Shown here: piece after piece, positions 17,179 to 28,200 of the stretch
How the letters are laid out: each line of letters opens with the position of its first letter
How positions within the stretch are numbered: the stretch's first letter is position 1
Assembly (NCBI GenBank): GCA_017463125.1
Contig: JAFTPV010000015.1
Coordinates: forward strand, 20,113-84,112
DNA: 64,000 nt
From: Clostridia bacterium
Lineage (GTDB): Bacteria > Bacillota > Clostridia > Oscillospirales > CAG-272
Direction of reading: 5' to 3'
Notes under the pieces: generated by a model
Told to the model about the DNA's origin: nothing
The model's input: only the letters and a program-made list of their open reading frames with translations
Databases searched by the model: none
Position numbers and translations under genes: made by a program

Positions 17179-19554
17179 ATGAAAAAAAAGAAGATGGTAA
17201 TAGGTGTCGGCGCGACGATTTTTTCGTTTGCGATACTGCTTTTGGCTTTGATTTTGATATTTATAATATATGCTCATGCGAACATAGATTTTGAATCTGA
17301 CGAGGCGCTTTTTGAAAGAGCTGCCGCCATAAGCTCGACAACGTTTTACGCAGATGCAACTCCGTCTGATGATGATTACACTCCTGTCGAACTGGAAATC
17401 TCGGGAAGCCTTAAGAAAATTTACTATTCACTTGATGAGCTGCCCGAGGTTTTGAAATACGGAATACTCGCGGTTGAGGATAGAAAGTTTTATGACCACA
17501 AGGGAGTTGATATAAAGAGGACGGCACTTGCGGCGGCAAATTATATACTGAAAAAGGAAGGGCGCTTCGGAGCCTCGACGGTAACTCAACAGGTAATAAA
17601 GAATATAAGCGGTGATAACGACGTTACCCTTACTAGAAAGCTCAACGAAATAATAAGAGCCTTGCATATAGAGCAAAAATATTCTAAAGATGAGATACTT
17701 GAGCTGTATCTGAATATTATCCCTATGAGTGAGAATATGTACGGTGTAGGGATTGCGTCGAGAACGTATTTTGGTAAAGAACCGTCGGAACTCACAGCGG
17801 CAGAGGCGGCTACGCTTATTGGTATCATCAACGCTCCGAGCGCCTATAATCCGTATAATAATCCTGAAAGATGCAGAGAAAAAAGAAACGTCGTTTTGTC
17901 GGTTATGCGGGAGTGCAATATTATCGATGACGAGGAGTTCAAATCTGCAAAGGATACTCCGCTTTACGTTATTGAACGGGAGAGCACACCTGACAGATAC
18001 GACTCTTGGTTTGTGGAGTATGTTATAAACGAGGCGGCAGAGGATATTGGACAAAAATACGGTATATCCAATCAGGCGGCTCGTGTAATGCTACTTGGAG
18101 GCGGTTATAACATTTACACTACTATGGACGTGAACGTTCAAGGTGCGCTTGAAAGATATTTTGAAAATACAGATAATTTTCCTGAAGAGATAAATAACGG
18201 ATTGAATTATGCAATGGCGGTTACGGATTCAACAACGGGTTGTCTTTCGGGAGTAGTCGGAAGAGTAGGGGAAAAGCTCGCTAACAGAATCCTTAATCAT
18301 GCGGTTGTTCCTCATACACCGGGTTCAACCCTTAAGCCGATAGCACTTTATGCCCCTTTGATAGACGATGGGGTTATTAGTTGGTCTACTATTTTTGACG
18401 ACGTGCCCGTAAGCTTTAGTGAGGGGGAGGAGGGATACGTAGAGTATCCGCGAAATTCGCCAAATGTTTATGACGGATTGACAAGCGTCAAGGACGCTCT
18501 GCGACTTTCTAAAAATACCGTTGCGGTGAGGCTTTGCAATATAAGAGGCACCGATAAAATATACGAGAGTCTTTCTGGTGATTACGGCTTTGACACGCTA
18601 GTAAAAAATCAAAAAAACGGGAGTGCAACCTATACGGATATAGCGATATCGCCTATGGCCCTGGGACAGCTTACCTACGGTGTACCTCTTGTTAAAATGG
18701 TAGAGGCGTACAGTGTCTTTTCCTCTTACGGTGTTCACAAAGCCTTACGCTCCTATATACAAATACGTGATGAAAAGGGCAATATAGTTTTTGAAAACAA
18801 GGGTGAGGAAAAACGGCTTCTCAAGGACTCAACGGCAAAGATAATGAATAAGCTTTTAGAGAACGTTGCGGATAGTGGTACGGCGAGGGAGATAACGCTG
18901 AAAAATATTGTTCCCACAGCGGCAAAGACCGGCACTTCGGGAGGAAACAAGGATAAGATGCTGATAGGATATACTCCCTTCTATACGGCGGGGATATGGT
19001 GCGGATACGATAACGGGGACGGATCGGTAGCAACACTCTCGCCAACGAATGTAAAAATATGGGACGACGTTATGCTGGATATTCACAGCTATATTGATCA
19101 AGAGTCACTTGCTTCTGCGAAATTTTCTACCGAGGGGCTGCTTTTGAGACCGTACTGTATGGACTCTGGAGAGCTGTATTCGGAAAATTGCCTTTATGAC
19201 GTGCGGGGGAGCCGCGTGGATTACGGCTATTTTACCGAGAACAGTGCACCGCATGAAAGGTGCAGCCGCCACGTTTTGTGTCAGTACGACTCTGCCTGGA
19301 AGGGAATTGCAGGCGCCACCTGCGATCCGCAAAATCTCGTCACCGTATCCCTTCTTGATATTCCCGAGCGTTCTTTCCCAAAGGAAATTTACGTTACTGA
19401 CGCGGAATATGTATGGCGCAATATCAGCGGGTATGCCGAAAGGCCCAAGGAGGAATCTCTGCCGTATTTCTATCTCGCATTACCCGAGGGGGAATACGTT
19501 GGAATTTCAAAATCCAAAAAACAGTTTAATTCTTCTTGTATACACCCAGAGTAA
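17179..19554 (+). CDS. class A penicillin-binding protein (PBP1A family transglycosylase/transpeptidase)
   Basis: N-terminal TM anchor. GT51 motifs (AVEDRKFYDHKGVD, RFGASTVTQQ). Transpeptidase motifs SxxK (GSTLKP) and KTGT (AKTGTS). Start moved to ATG 17179 behind GGAGG; the ORF-track start at 17107 lies inside the truA terminator region. Confidence 0.85.
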   Translation: MKKKKMVIGVGATIFSFAILLLALILIFIIYAHANIDFESDEALFERAAAISSTTFYADATPSDDDYTPVELEISGSLKKIYYSLDELPEVLKYGILAVEDRKFYDHKGVDIKRTALAAANYILKKEGRFGASTVTQQVIKNISGDNDVTLTRKLNEIIRALHIEQKYSKDEILELYLNIIPMSENMYGVGIASRTYFGKEPSELTAAEAATLIGIINAPSAYNPYNNPERCREKRNVVLSVMRECNIIDDEEFKSAKDTPLYVIERESTPDRYDSWFVEYVINEAAEDIGQKYGISNQAARVMLLGGGYNIYTTMDVNVQGALERYFENTDNFPEEINNGLNYAMAVTDSTTGCLSGVVGRVGEKLANRILNHAVVPHTPGSTLKPIALYAPLIDDGVISWSTIFDDVPVSFSEGEEGYVEYPRNSPNVYDGLTSVKDALRLSKNTVAVRLCNIRGTDKIYESLSGDYGFDTLVKNQKNGSATYTDIAISPMALGQLTYGVPLVKMVEAYSVFSSYGVHKALRSYIQIRDEKGNIVFENKGEEKRLLKDSTAKIMNKLLENVADSGTAREITLKNIVPTAAKTGTSGGNKDKMLIGYTPFYTAGIWCGYDNGDGSVATLSPTNVKIWDDVMLDIHSYIDQESLASAKFSTEGLLLRPYCMDSGELYSENCLYDVRGSRVDYGYFTENSAPHERCSRHVLCQYDSAWKGIAGATCDPQNLVTVSLLDIPERSFPKEIYVTDAEYVWRNISGYAERPKEESLPYFYLALPEGEYVGISKSKKQFNSSCIHPE

Positions 19555-19580
19555 TGCTTTACTTTTTGACATTTTTATGT

Positions 19581-19586
19581 TATAAT
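19581..19586 (+). promoter_or_regulatory. extended -10 promoter element (TGtTATAAT) for the DUF45 gene
   Basis: TGTTATAAT at 19578-19586, 22 nt upstream of ATG 19609. A weak -35 TTTACT lies 16 nt upstream. Confidence 0.4.
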
Positions 19587-19608
19587 ATCTCACGCGAGGT
19601 GAGAATAG

Positions 19609-20115
19609 ATGTATTACGAAATAATATATTCTAAAAGAAAAACCGTATCGCTTTGCATAAAGGAAGAAAAACTTATTGTCAGAGCGCCCTACGGTGTGAC
19701 GAAAAAGAAAATTGATGAAATAGTATCGAAGCACGAAAAATGGATATTAACCCATCTTGAGCGCCAGCGTCAAAAAAGTAAAAACGAGCCGCCGCTTACC
19801 GATAACGATATAAAGGAACTGAAGCGGCAGGCAAGGATAATATTGACTTCTAAAACAGAGCGTTTTTCTGAAATAATGGGATTAAAATATGGCAGAATAA
19901 CTATCACTAGCGCAAAAACCAGATTTGGCTCTTGTAGCTCTAAGGGCAATATTTCCTATTCTTATAGACTTATGCTTTACCCGGAGGCTGCTGTCGATTA
20001 CGTCGTAGTACACGAGCTTGCCCATCTTTTAGAGATGAATCATTCACGTAGGTTTTATGCAATAATCGAGAAGGTTTTGCCCGATTATAAGGAAAGAAAA
20101 AAACTATTGAAATAA
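19609..20115 (+). CDS. YgjP/DUF45 (M48-like, SprT-like) zinc metallopeptidase
   Basis: 168 aa. HExxH in VVHELAHLLEMNHS, and a YGRITITSAKTRFGSCS block typical of DUF45. Confidence 0.75.
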   Translation: MYYEIIYSKRKTVSLCIKEEKLIVRAPYGVTKKKIDEIVSKHEKWILTHLERQRQKSKNEPPLTDNDIKELKRQARIILTSKTERFSEIMGLKYGRITITSAKTRFGSCSSKGNISYSYRLMLYPEAAVDYVVVHELAHLLEMNHSRRFYAIIEKVLPDYKERKKLLK

Positions 20116-20158
20116 CCCCTTAAAGCAGCAATTTACTCTGCCTTAAGGGGCTTTTTTA
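20116..20158. terminator. shared terminator between the convergent DUF45 gene and potD
   Basis: CCCCTTAAAGCAG-caatttact-CTGCCTTAAGGGG (13-bp stem, 1 mismatch) followed by CTTTTTTATTTT. Confidence 0.6.
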
Positions 20159-21478
20159 TTTTGCTTTTTTAGCTTTAGCTATTTCGCGGTCGCGCCTTCT
20201 GTAATCCTTTGAGCGCCACTTTCTGATAGCTGTGTTGTATATAGCCAGTGACAGTACACCTACGACTATAACGCCGCAGCTTACATGGACCCAAAGCTCT
20301 GTGGAATTTTCGGTTTTCAGAGATTCCCAGAGAGTGTTTACGCTATCGTTCATAGAAAGCGTATCAAGGCTTTGGTAGCAGGGGTTATAGGGATAGCTTG
20401 CGTTTACCTCGTCGGGAGTCTGACCGTAGAGAATATCCATAGCGTCCTCGTGAAGCTCGCTTATTCCGGCAATGTAATCTTCGTTTTGTACTACCAGATC
20501 GTTAGGCGAGGCGTATCCAACGTAGAGCGCGTTTGCAACGGCAGGCTCTTCCGAAAGCATAAAGTTGATATATTCCTTTGCTACCTCGGGGTTACGGGAG
20601 CTTCTCGGTATACACATAGCGTCAACGAAATAGTTGGTTCCTTCCTTTGGATAATAGAATGAGAGATCCTCGTTCTGATAAGCCATCGTCAGAAAATCGC
20701 CCGCAAAATAGGGCGCAACCGCCGCCGATGCCGTCGTCATCTTGTTAAAAATCTCGTCATTGACGTATCCTTGAACAAGCTCTTTTTGCTCGGAGAGCTT
20801 GTCAAGTGCAGTATGCCATACCGAAAGGTCAGTGGAGTTTATATCCAACCCGAGATAATACATCGCCGAGCCAAAGGCGTCACGGAGATTGTTGAACTGC
20901 AATATCTTTTTAGAGTACTTTTCGTTCCAGAGCAGCCCCCAGCTTTTCTCAGAAGCGTCCTCTTCGTCAACCAAGGCGCTGTTGTATATCACGCCCATCA
21001 TACCGTAGGTATAGGGAACGGAATACATATTATCGGGGTCATAATACGGTGAGTCCTTAAATTTTTCATTAACGTTAGAAAAATTTGAAAGAGTGGTTGC
21101 ATCAAAGGGAAGAAGCAGATCGTTTTGTATCATCTGCTGTATCATATAGTCGGAGGGAACTACGATATCGTACGAGCCCGCACCGCTTTTTATCTTCTGA
21201 TACATTTCCTCGTTAGTTGCGTAGGTCGTGTAATTTACCTTGACGTAAAAGCCGTATTTTTTTGCGAGATTTTCGTTGAAATATTCCTCAAAGGCGGCGT
21301 TGGTGTCCATAGAGCCGTCAAAGCCGTCGGAAATATACTCGCCCCAGTTGTAAACGTTGAGCGTTACGGTGTTCCCGCTGATTTCTTCGCCGTCATCACT
21401 TTCCTCGGAAACGGTACATGAAAAAACGCTGCTGACTAAAAGCAATAGTATGAAAATAAGGAAAAACGTTTTTTTCAT
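20156..21478 (-). CDS. potD: spermidine/putrescine ABC transporter substrate-binding protein with an extra C-terminal TM anchor
   Basis: 440 aa. Signal peptide with lipobox-like VFSC, a PotD/PotF-type SBP core (LNVYNWGEYI..., VPSDYM), then LWVHVSCGVIVVGVLSLAIY and a basic tail RKWRSKDYRRRDREIAKAKKAK. Confidence 0.8.
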   Translation of the reverse strand: MKKTFFLIFILLLLVSSVFSCTVSEESDDGEEISGNTVTLNVYNWGEYISDGFDGSMDTNAAFEEYFNENLAKKYGFYVKVNYTTYATNEEMYQKIKSGAGSYDIVVPSDYMIQQMIQNDLLLPFDATTLSNFSNVNEKFKDSPYYDPDNMYSVPYTYGMMGVIYNSALVDEEDASEKSWGLLWNEKYSKKILQFNNLRDAFGSAMYYLGLDINSTDLSVWHTALDKLSEQKELVQGYVNDEIFNKMTTASAAVAPYFAGDFLTMAYQNEDLSFYYPKEGTNYFVDAMCIPRSSRNPEVAKEYINFMLSEEPAVANALYVGYASPNDLVVQNEDYIAGISELHEDAMDILYGQTPDEVNASYPYNPCYQSLDTLSMNDSVNTLWESLKTENSTELWVHVSCGVIVVGVLSLAIYNTAIRKWRSKDYRRRDREIAKAKKAK

Positions 21479-22308
21479 TTTCTACGCGCCTCCCTTCTTC
21501 TGCCCTCGATTTTCTTGCCTGTTTTGAAATTTGAGATTATCAAGAGAAGAAAAACGGTAACAATGATGATCGCGGAGAGAGCATACATATCCGGTGTTAC
21601 CTTCTTCTTGGTCATCGAGTAGATGAGAAGAGGCAACGTCTGGAAATTAGAGGAGCCGACGAAATATGAAATAACGAAATCGTCAAGCGACATTGTGAAT
21701 GCCATAACCATACCCGAGATAACACCGGGCATAATATTTGGCAGCTTTACCTTAAAGAATGCCTGCATAGAGGTACAGCCGAGGTCCTGCGCTGCCTCTG
21801 TCAGAGAATTACCAAGCTCGTTTATTCTCGGCAAAACCGAGAGGATAACGTAGGGCAGACAGAAGGTCGTATGAGCTATCAGCATTGCGAAGAAGCCGAT
21901 GTCCTCGTATGTGAGCTCGAATACAGTGCTTATACCTGCTACAACAGCTACGAAGAATAGCATCATTGACATACCCGTAACTATATCAGGGTTCATCATA
22001 GGAATGTTCGTAACCGATGTGATTGCCGATTTTGCCAGCTTGTTTCTCATTCTGTAAATTCCCTCTGCTGCGGCAGTTCCTATAACGGTCGCTATAAGCG
22101 AAGAGAGTACTGCCAGTATCAGCGTGTTTCTGAGAGCCTCAAACGTTTCTGGGGAATTGAAAAGCTCGATATACCACTTAATGCTGAAGCCCTCAAAAAC
22201 GGCAGTGCTGTTTGCCGAGTTGAACGAGAAGAAAATGAGAGTAATAATGGGAATATAAAGAATTCCGAAAATAAGAGTAAGATAAATGCCTGAAAGATAT
22301 TTTTTCAT
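21475..22308 (-). CDS. potC: spermidine/putrescine ABC transporter permease PotC
   Basis: 277 aa, 6-TM BPD_transp_1 permease with an EAAQDLG motif. 4-nt overlaps with both neighbours. Confidence 0.85.
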   Translation of the reverse strand: MKKYLSGIYLTLIFGILYIPIITLIFFSFNSANSTAVFEGFSIKWYIELFNSPETFEALRNTLILAVLSSLIATVIGTAAAEGIYRMRNKLAKSAITSVTNIPMMNPDIVTGMSMMLFFVAVVAGISTVFELTYEDIGFFAMLIAHTTFCLPYVILSVLPRINELGNSLTEAAQDLGCTSMQAFFKVKLPNIMPGVISGMVMAFTMSLDDFVISYFVGSSNFQTLPLLIYSMTKKKVTPDMYALSAIIIVTVFLLLIISNFKTGKKIEGRRREARRK

Positions 22309-23120
22309 ACGATGATACCTCCATCGCTAGAATCGGAGAACTTATTCATAACCGAAAGGGAGATGAGTATAAGTATCATCATAACCAGAGAAATTGCAGC
22401 GCCCACATTAAGAGCACCGGTGACGAATTGCCTTTCTATCGTATCTCCGATAAGCTCAAATGTTCCTCCGCCGAGCTTTTGGGAAATATAGAAGGTACTG
22501 ATGGAGGGAACAAGAACCATTGTAACACCGGATATGACACCGGACATGGAAAGGGGGATTATAACCTTGGTCAAAACCTTGGTAGGACTGCATCCAAGGT
22601 CGCTTGCCGCCTCCCACATGTGCTTATCAATCTTTGAAACGCAAGTATAAATAGGAAGAACCATATAAGGCAGAAAATCGTATACCATGCCGAAGATAAC
22701 CGCGCCCTTCGTGCCTATGAAATGGAAGGTGGTACCAAGCAGGGAATTGAGAATTCCGCCATCGTCAAAGATGGCCATGATTGAATAGGTTCTGATGAGC
22801 AGGTTCGTCCACATCGGGAGCATAAGAAGCATAAGGAATATCTTCTGATGCTTCGGCTTTGATTTTGCAATTATCATTGCTAAAGGATAACCGATAATAA
22901 GACAAACGAATGTAGCAATTACCGAAAGCTCGAGTGAAAGACCGAAAATTTCGGCGTACTCCCCAAGTGAGAGAATGTTCTCGAAGGAAAAGTTACCCTC
23001 TCCGTCGGTAAAAGCGTAATAAACTACTATAAGCAGCGGCAATATGATGAACAGAACCGACCAAAATATATGTGGTGCCGCCGCAATCGAATGGATTATT
23101 GATTGCTTCTTTTTCATCAT
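22305..23120 (-). CDS. potB: spermidine/putrescine ABC transporter permease PotB
   Basis: 271 aa permease with an EAASDLG motif. Confidence 0.85.
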   Translation of the reverse strand: MMKKKQSIIHSIAAAPHIFWSVLFIILPLLIVVYYAFTDGEGNFSFENILSLGEYAEIFGLSLELSVIATFVCLIIGYPLAMIIAKSKPKHQKIFLMLLMLPMWTNLLIRTYSIMAIFDDGGILNSLLGTTFHFIGTKGAVIFGMVYDFLPYMVLPIYTCVSKIDKHMWEAASDLGCSPTKVLTKVIIPLSMSGVISGVTMVLVPSISTFYISQKLGGGTFELIGDTIERQFVTGALNVGAAISLVMMILILISLSVMNKFSDSSDGGIIV

Positions 23121-24238
23121 CAGAACTCCTCTGCGGTATCTGCGTCCGAAAGAGTGTCTATCTCGTCGGAGAAGGAGGAGTAGTCGCCAAACATACCGGA
23201 ATACTTTGATTTCTTCATTATATGTATAGCGTCAGGCTCGATATAAAGGCCAATGGTAGCCTCCGGTGCGACGTAATCGGTGGACTGTATCATCCATTTG
23301 AAGCCCTTTATATCAACAATGATCTCGTAATGAACGCCCTTAAACGTAACGCTCGTGACCTTGCCCGTGAGCATACCTGCCTCCGGTGCCACAACGTCAA
23401 CGTCCTCTGGACGAATAACAACGTCTACAGCCTCGTTTTTGCCAAATCCACCGTCAACGCAGTCAAAGACGTGGGCGGAGAACTTAACCTTCTTATCCTC
23501 GAGCATCACACCGTCAATGATATTACTTTCACCGATGAAATCGGCGACAAATGCATTCTTGGGTTCATTATATATATCGGTAGGAGTTCCGATCTGCTGT
23601 ATCTGACCGTCTGCTATAACAACCACCGTGTCAGACATAGAGAGCGCCTCCTCCTGATCGTGTGTAACGTATATAAACGTGATACCGATTTTTTGCTGTA
23701 TAGATTTCAGCTCGTTTTGCATATCCTTACGCAGCTTGAGGTCAAGAGCACCGAGAGGCTCGTCAAGTAACAAAACCTTCGGGTGCGAGATAAGCGCACG
23801 CGCAATTGCAACACGCTGCTGCTGTCCTCCTGAAAGAGTGCTGACGCTTTTATTCTCAAAACCGGAGAGCGCCACCATTTTAAGCATTTCGGTAACACGT
23901 CTTTTTATATCCTCCTCGCCAACCTTTTTGAGTCGCAGAGGAAAGGCAATATTCTCGTAAACATTAAGATGAGGGAATAGGGCATATTTCTGAAAAACCG
24001 TGTTGATATGCCTCTTGTATGCAGGAACGTTGCTGATTTCCGTACCGTCGAAATAAAGATTGCCTTCATCCGCCGTTTCAAATCCGCCGATGATCCTGAG
24101 CGTTGTGGTCTTTCCACAGCCTGACGGACCAAGGAAGGTGATAAATTCGCCGTCTCTGATATACAGATTCATAGAATCGATTACCTTTTCACCGTCGTAT
24201 GATTTAGAAATTCCTTTCAACTCAATGAGTTTTTCCAT
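23120..24238 (-). CDS. potA: spermidine/putrescine ABC transporter ATPase PotA
   Basis: 372 aa. Walker [29 protein letters not shown], and a C-terminal TOBE-like domain. Confidence 0.9.
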   Translation of the reverse strand: MEKLIELKGISKSYDGEKVIDSMNLYIRDGEFITFLGPSGCGKTTTLRIIGGFETADEGNLYFDGTEISNVPAYKRHINTVFQKYALFPHLNVYENIAFPLRLKKVGEEDIKRRVTEMLKMVALSGFENKSVSTLSGGQQQRVAIARALISHPKVLLLDEPLGALDLKLRKDMQNELKSIQQKIGITFIYVTHDQEEALSMSDTVVVIADGQIQQIGTPTDIYNEPKNAFVADFIGESNIIDGVMLEDKKVKFSAHVFDCVDGGFGKNEAVDVVIRPEDVDVVAPEAGMLTGKVTSVTFKGVHYEIIVDIKGFKWMIQSTDYVAPEATIGLYIEPDAIHIMKKSKYSGMFGDYSSFSDEIDTLSDADTAEEF

Positions 24239-24329
24239 TTTCTTAAAATCTCAAGTCCTTTCTTAAAGCGCATAACGCCTTTATTTGTCAAAAAGCGTCT
24301 GTTTTAGACGATATTATTCGACAGCGTTA

Positions 24330-24358
24330 ATTATAGCAAAAAGAAATGTGTTTTGCAA
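24330..24358 (-). promoter_or_regulatory. sigma-A promoter for potABCD
   Basis: Minus strand reads TTGCAA (comp 24353-24358), N17, TATAAT (comp 24330-24335). This implies an about 85-nt 5-prime UTR. Confidence 0.6.
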
Positions 24359-24498
24359 TAGTTTTTTTATATTTTCTTTTCAAAAAATTTCACGTTTAAC
24401 CGCGATTATGCCTATTTTGACCGTTTTTTTTGAAATAAATCTCAAAAAAACTCTCTAAAACTCCGATTTTCTCCGTTTTACTCTTGAAACCACGATAA

Positions 24499-25131
24499 TT
24501 ATTCGGCGAGTTCCTTTGACGTACCCGAGATCAAAGAAAATATAAAAATTCCAAAGATCCAATAGCCGTCACCGATGCGTGCCATTATGTAAAGCGAGAG
24601 AATGCAAATAAAAGCAGATAACAAAAGAGAAACGACTGATAAAATTCGCATTGCAGCATCTCTTATACCGTAATAAGAAAAAACGCACTCAAGTATTCCG
24701 TAACCGTCATACCCTTTAATCGGCAACAAATTTGAAGCTGCGGTAGCCAGATTAATGATACTGAACAGTTGCAAATAGACGAATAAACTTTTGTTTACAA
24801 CGAAAAAGAAGGGAATAGTAAGAATTGACATAAAAATGTTGGCGAGTGGTCCCGAAAAGTAAACAAGAGCTTCGGATTTATATGAAAGGATACAGCCCTT
24901 TGATATTCTAAAGCCGCAAAGCGTGCTGCGCATATTTCCGACTCGTCCGAGGGCTAAAAAGATATATAGCTGGTGTCCCGCTTCGTGTATTACAGCCGCC
25001 AGCAGAGTAAGAGTTGCGGCGAGCGGTTCGTCGAATGCATACAGCATCATAAGCCAGAATATCGCAGGCAAAATTATCCCTATTTTTTGTAAAAAGTGCA
25101 TAAAAAGAGTGAAAAATTTGTTATTATGCAT
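24499..25131 (-). CDS. small site-2-protease-like (M50) membrane metalloprotease
   Basis: HExxH (VIHEAGHQL) and NLLPIKGYDG motifs in a polytopic protein. Start moved to ATG comp(25129-25131), which has a GGAGG RBS 7 nt upstream. Confidence 0.6.
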   Translation of the reverse strand: MHNNKFFTLFMHFLQKIGIILPAIFWLMMLYAFDEPLAATLTLLAAVIHEAGHQLYIFLALGRVGNMRSTLCGFRISKGCILSYKSEALVYFSGPLANIFMSILTIPFFFVVNKSLFVYLQLFSIINLATAASNLLPIKGYDGYGILECVFSYYGIRDAAMRILSVVSLLLSAFICILSLYIMARIGDGYWIFGIFIFSLISGTSKELAE

Positions 25132-25190
25132 AAAAAAACCTCCCGAACAATGTGCAAAAAGCAGAAAAGACAAAAAAATCCTGTAAAACC

Positions 25191-25219
25191 TTGAATTTTA
25201 ATAAATTTTATGTTAAAAT
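25191..25219 (+). promoter_or_regulatory. sigma-A promoter for the giant LRR lipoprotein gene
   Basis: TTGAAT (25191-25196), N17, TAAAAT (25214-25219), with TGT extended -10. Confidence 0.5.
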
Positions 25220-25263
25220 TATATTACCTTAATAATAGGGAAATTCCCGCGAAGGAGAGAAAT

Positions 25264-28200
25264 ATGAAAACTTGGTTAAAAACATTGATTGCGATCATGC
25301 TGATGCTGACATGCGTGTTTACTTACGCAGCATGTGACGGCACGACGCAGGAACCTGACAATACTCCGTCAGGCGATACCGATCCAAATCCGGATAACGA
25401 AAACACGAATAACGGTGTTATTCAGCCTGATATTCCGGAAAAATCTTATCGTATTAAGTTCGTGTATAGCTACACGGCTCAAACGAAAAACAATAATGAT
25501 AGAACGCAGAACGTTAAGGAGTCCGTTACCGTTCACACCGTGTACGTTGATTACGAAAACAACGGATGGACAGACGCTCTTAAAGCAGAGAAGGACGCTA
25601 TTAACTACAATGGCTATAAGTTCGACTGCTGGTATGCACAGTGGGATGATAGCGTAAAGCCACAGGTTCCCGTTGGCGATCCTTATACCTTTGACGGTGA
25701 GATCAATAGTGATATAGTTCTCTATGCTTACAGAGGCGATAAGGTAGGCGATAATATCGTATGGGATATTGAGTATTTCTACGAAACCGCTGACGCTGTT
25801 TTGAGTGAAGACGTGCCTGAAGGTTCCGCTAAGGTAGATTTCGTTTATCAGACGGCAAAGGGCAATGTTAAGGAAAATATCGCTCTTGCTGCTAAAACCG
25901 TTTCTAAAGACGCTGATGCTGCTGCTCTCGCAGCATTTAAGACAGAGGTAGATAAAATTACGTATAACGGTTGTAGCTTCACATCTTGGTATACCTACGA
26001 TGCAGAGGGTAATAAAGTAGTTTACAACTTTACTACCGCTCCTTCCGGTGATCTCGTTCTTTACGGTGAGATCTTTGATCCCACAGTACTTCCCGAGGTT
26101 CCTGATGAAATACCCCAGGGCTCGTTCAAGGTAGACTTTGTTTACGCTGATGAAGAGGCAACTATCGGAACCCTTGTCGTAGACGGTACGATCGGCTGGA
26201 CAGAGGCTCAGAAGGCAATGAAAGACGCTCTTTCCTACAACGGTTATCCGTTTGCTGCTTGGTATACCGCTAACTCCGAGACAGCCTATACCTTTAGTGA
26301 GGCACTTACAGCTGATCTCGTTCTTTACGGTCAGCTTTCTGAAACCGAGCTTACTCCTGTTGTAACGGAGAAGGATGAGCGAGGCGCAATCCTCAACCTT
26401 ACCGGATACGGTAAGATGTACGATGCTAATATGGCAGATGAGGTTGACGTTCCTTGGTACAGCCACAGGAAGAGCATAACCACCGTTAATCTTGTTCCTT
26501 ATGTAGATGAAGATGGCAAGTCGCACGGTATTACATATATAGGTAAGAACGCATTCGCAGATTGCACGAAGCTTACCTCTGTTGATTGGGGCGATGACCT
26601 TGAGGAAATCGGCGTGAGTGCTTTCGAGGGTGCCAACGCAAAGGCGTTCAAGTACCTTAGACTTCCCTCAACGGTTAAAACTGTAGGCCAATATGCTTTT
26701 GCTAAAACTAGCTTGCAGTACATTTACTTTGAAGAAGACACCGTTACGGTTAAGGATAATCAGGGCAACGTAGTCAAGGACGAACAGGGTAACGACGTTG
26801 TAACAAAGGTTGGTATTAATACAATCGACGCGTATGCTTTCTCTTCTAATAAGAATATAAAGTATGTGGTTGTTCCCACAACTCTTGCTGTAGTGGGTGA
26901 AAACGCATTTAATCCTAATGGCACTGTTACCAGCTCATATCTCTCCAAGGTTTATTATATGGGTACGGACAACAGCCCAATTACCGGTGTAGACGCTACC
27001 GGTGCCGAGCTTGGTGAAAATGCGAAGAAAATCAATATTTCCGGAGGTAACGACTGGTTCAAATCCGAGTTGCTTACTACCATTTACACTTATATGTCTG
27101 AGGAAGAATCCAACAAGACAGTAGACGGTAAACCTGTTTATGATGCAGAGGATCTTAAGACATCGTGGCACTGGAACGGAGATAAGGTAAATTCCTATGC
27201 TGTTCAGTATGCATTTGCATTGAAATATCAGTTCAAGAGTGTTACGGTTGCTACCGATTACGTACGTGTTTCTCCTAAGAAAGATGCTAATAACGACTAC
27301 ATATTTGATCAAGATGGCAATCTTGAGCTCGAAGGTGTTATCCAACAGGCTAACCTTGATTTCCGTTATAACCTCTATCATAACGGTTACAGGTTCTATT
27401 CATACACTGATAACGATAAGTACAATACTATAGACGCTACAATTACCGAGGATACGGCAATTGAGTGTAAGAGGAACAATGAGGGCACTAATATCTACGA
27501 AGGCAACCTTGGTGGCGGTATCACGTGGACTTATACTATTGATGACTTAGACAAGAACTCAAATACCAAGGATGGCGTTCTTACTATCAAAGCTGCAGCA
27601 GCTAATGCCGAGATTCATGCAAATGAAACGAAGAATCGCACTTGGGACTTTGCAACCCCTGCTGACGCAACATCGCTTTGGTTCGGCAATAGCCTTAATG
27701 GAGCTTGGGTTCATAAGGTTATAATTGAGGATGGTGTCGAGCGTATTGGTAAGTTCGTCTTTGCAGGACTTGTTTCCATTACCGAAGTTGTTATTCCTGA
27801 GTCGGTGACCGAAATTGACCCCACAGCCTTTGATGACTGCGCTTCTCTTCTTTCCGTATATTATATGAAAGACGGAGTTGATATCGTTGATGCCAAAGGA
27901 GAGAAATCTTCTCTTACCGCAAAGAATGCGGTCTCCTTCGTTAAGGCTGAGGCTGGTACAGATAAAGACGGTGCATACTGGATGCAGATGGGCGACAAGA
28001 AGGTTGCTTGGAAGCTTACGACCGAAACCGTTGAAGAAAATGGAACCGTTAAGACTACGGGTAGAAACCTTTACGTTGGCGGTGACGTTGAAATGATCGA
28101 TTTCGCCGTTGCTAGCGAGGCGCCTTGGCATGCGGCAAATGATAGCATTACGTCCCTTACTGTTGCCAACAATATTACAAAGCTTGGCGCTAACATGGTT

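Noticed and set aside
25369-26526. 385-aa ORF on the minus strand. Similar long antisense ORFs occur at 27559-28335, 32509-33468, 13603-14367, 17428-18054, 57131-57775 and 61804-62424.
   Set aside because: All lie entirely antisense to well-supported genes with clear family motifs. Their translations are low-complexity, Cys/Arg/Ile-rich and lack RBSs. They are shadow ORFs caused by the codon bias of the real genes.
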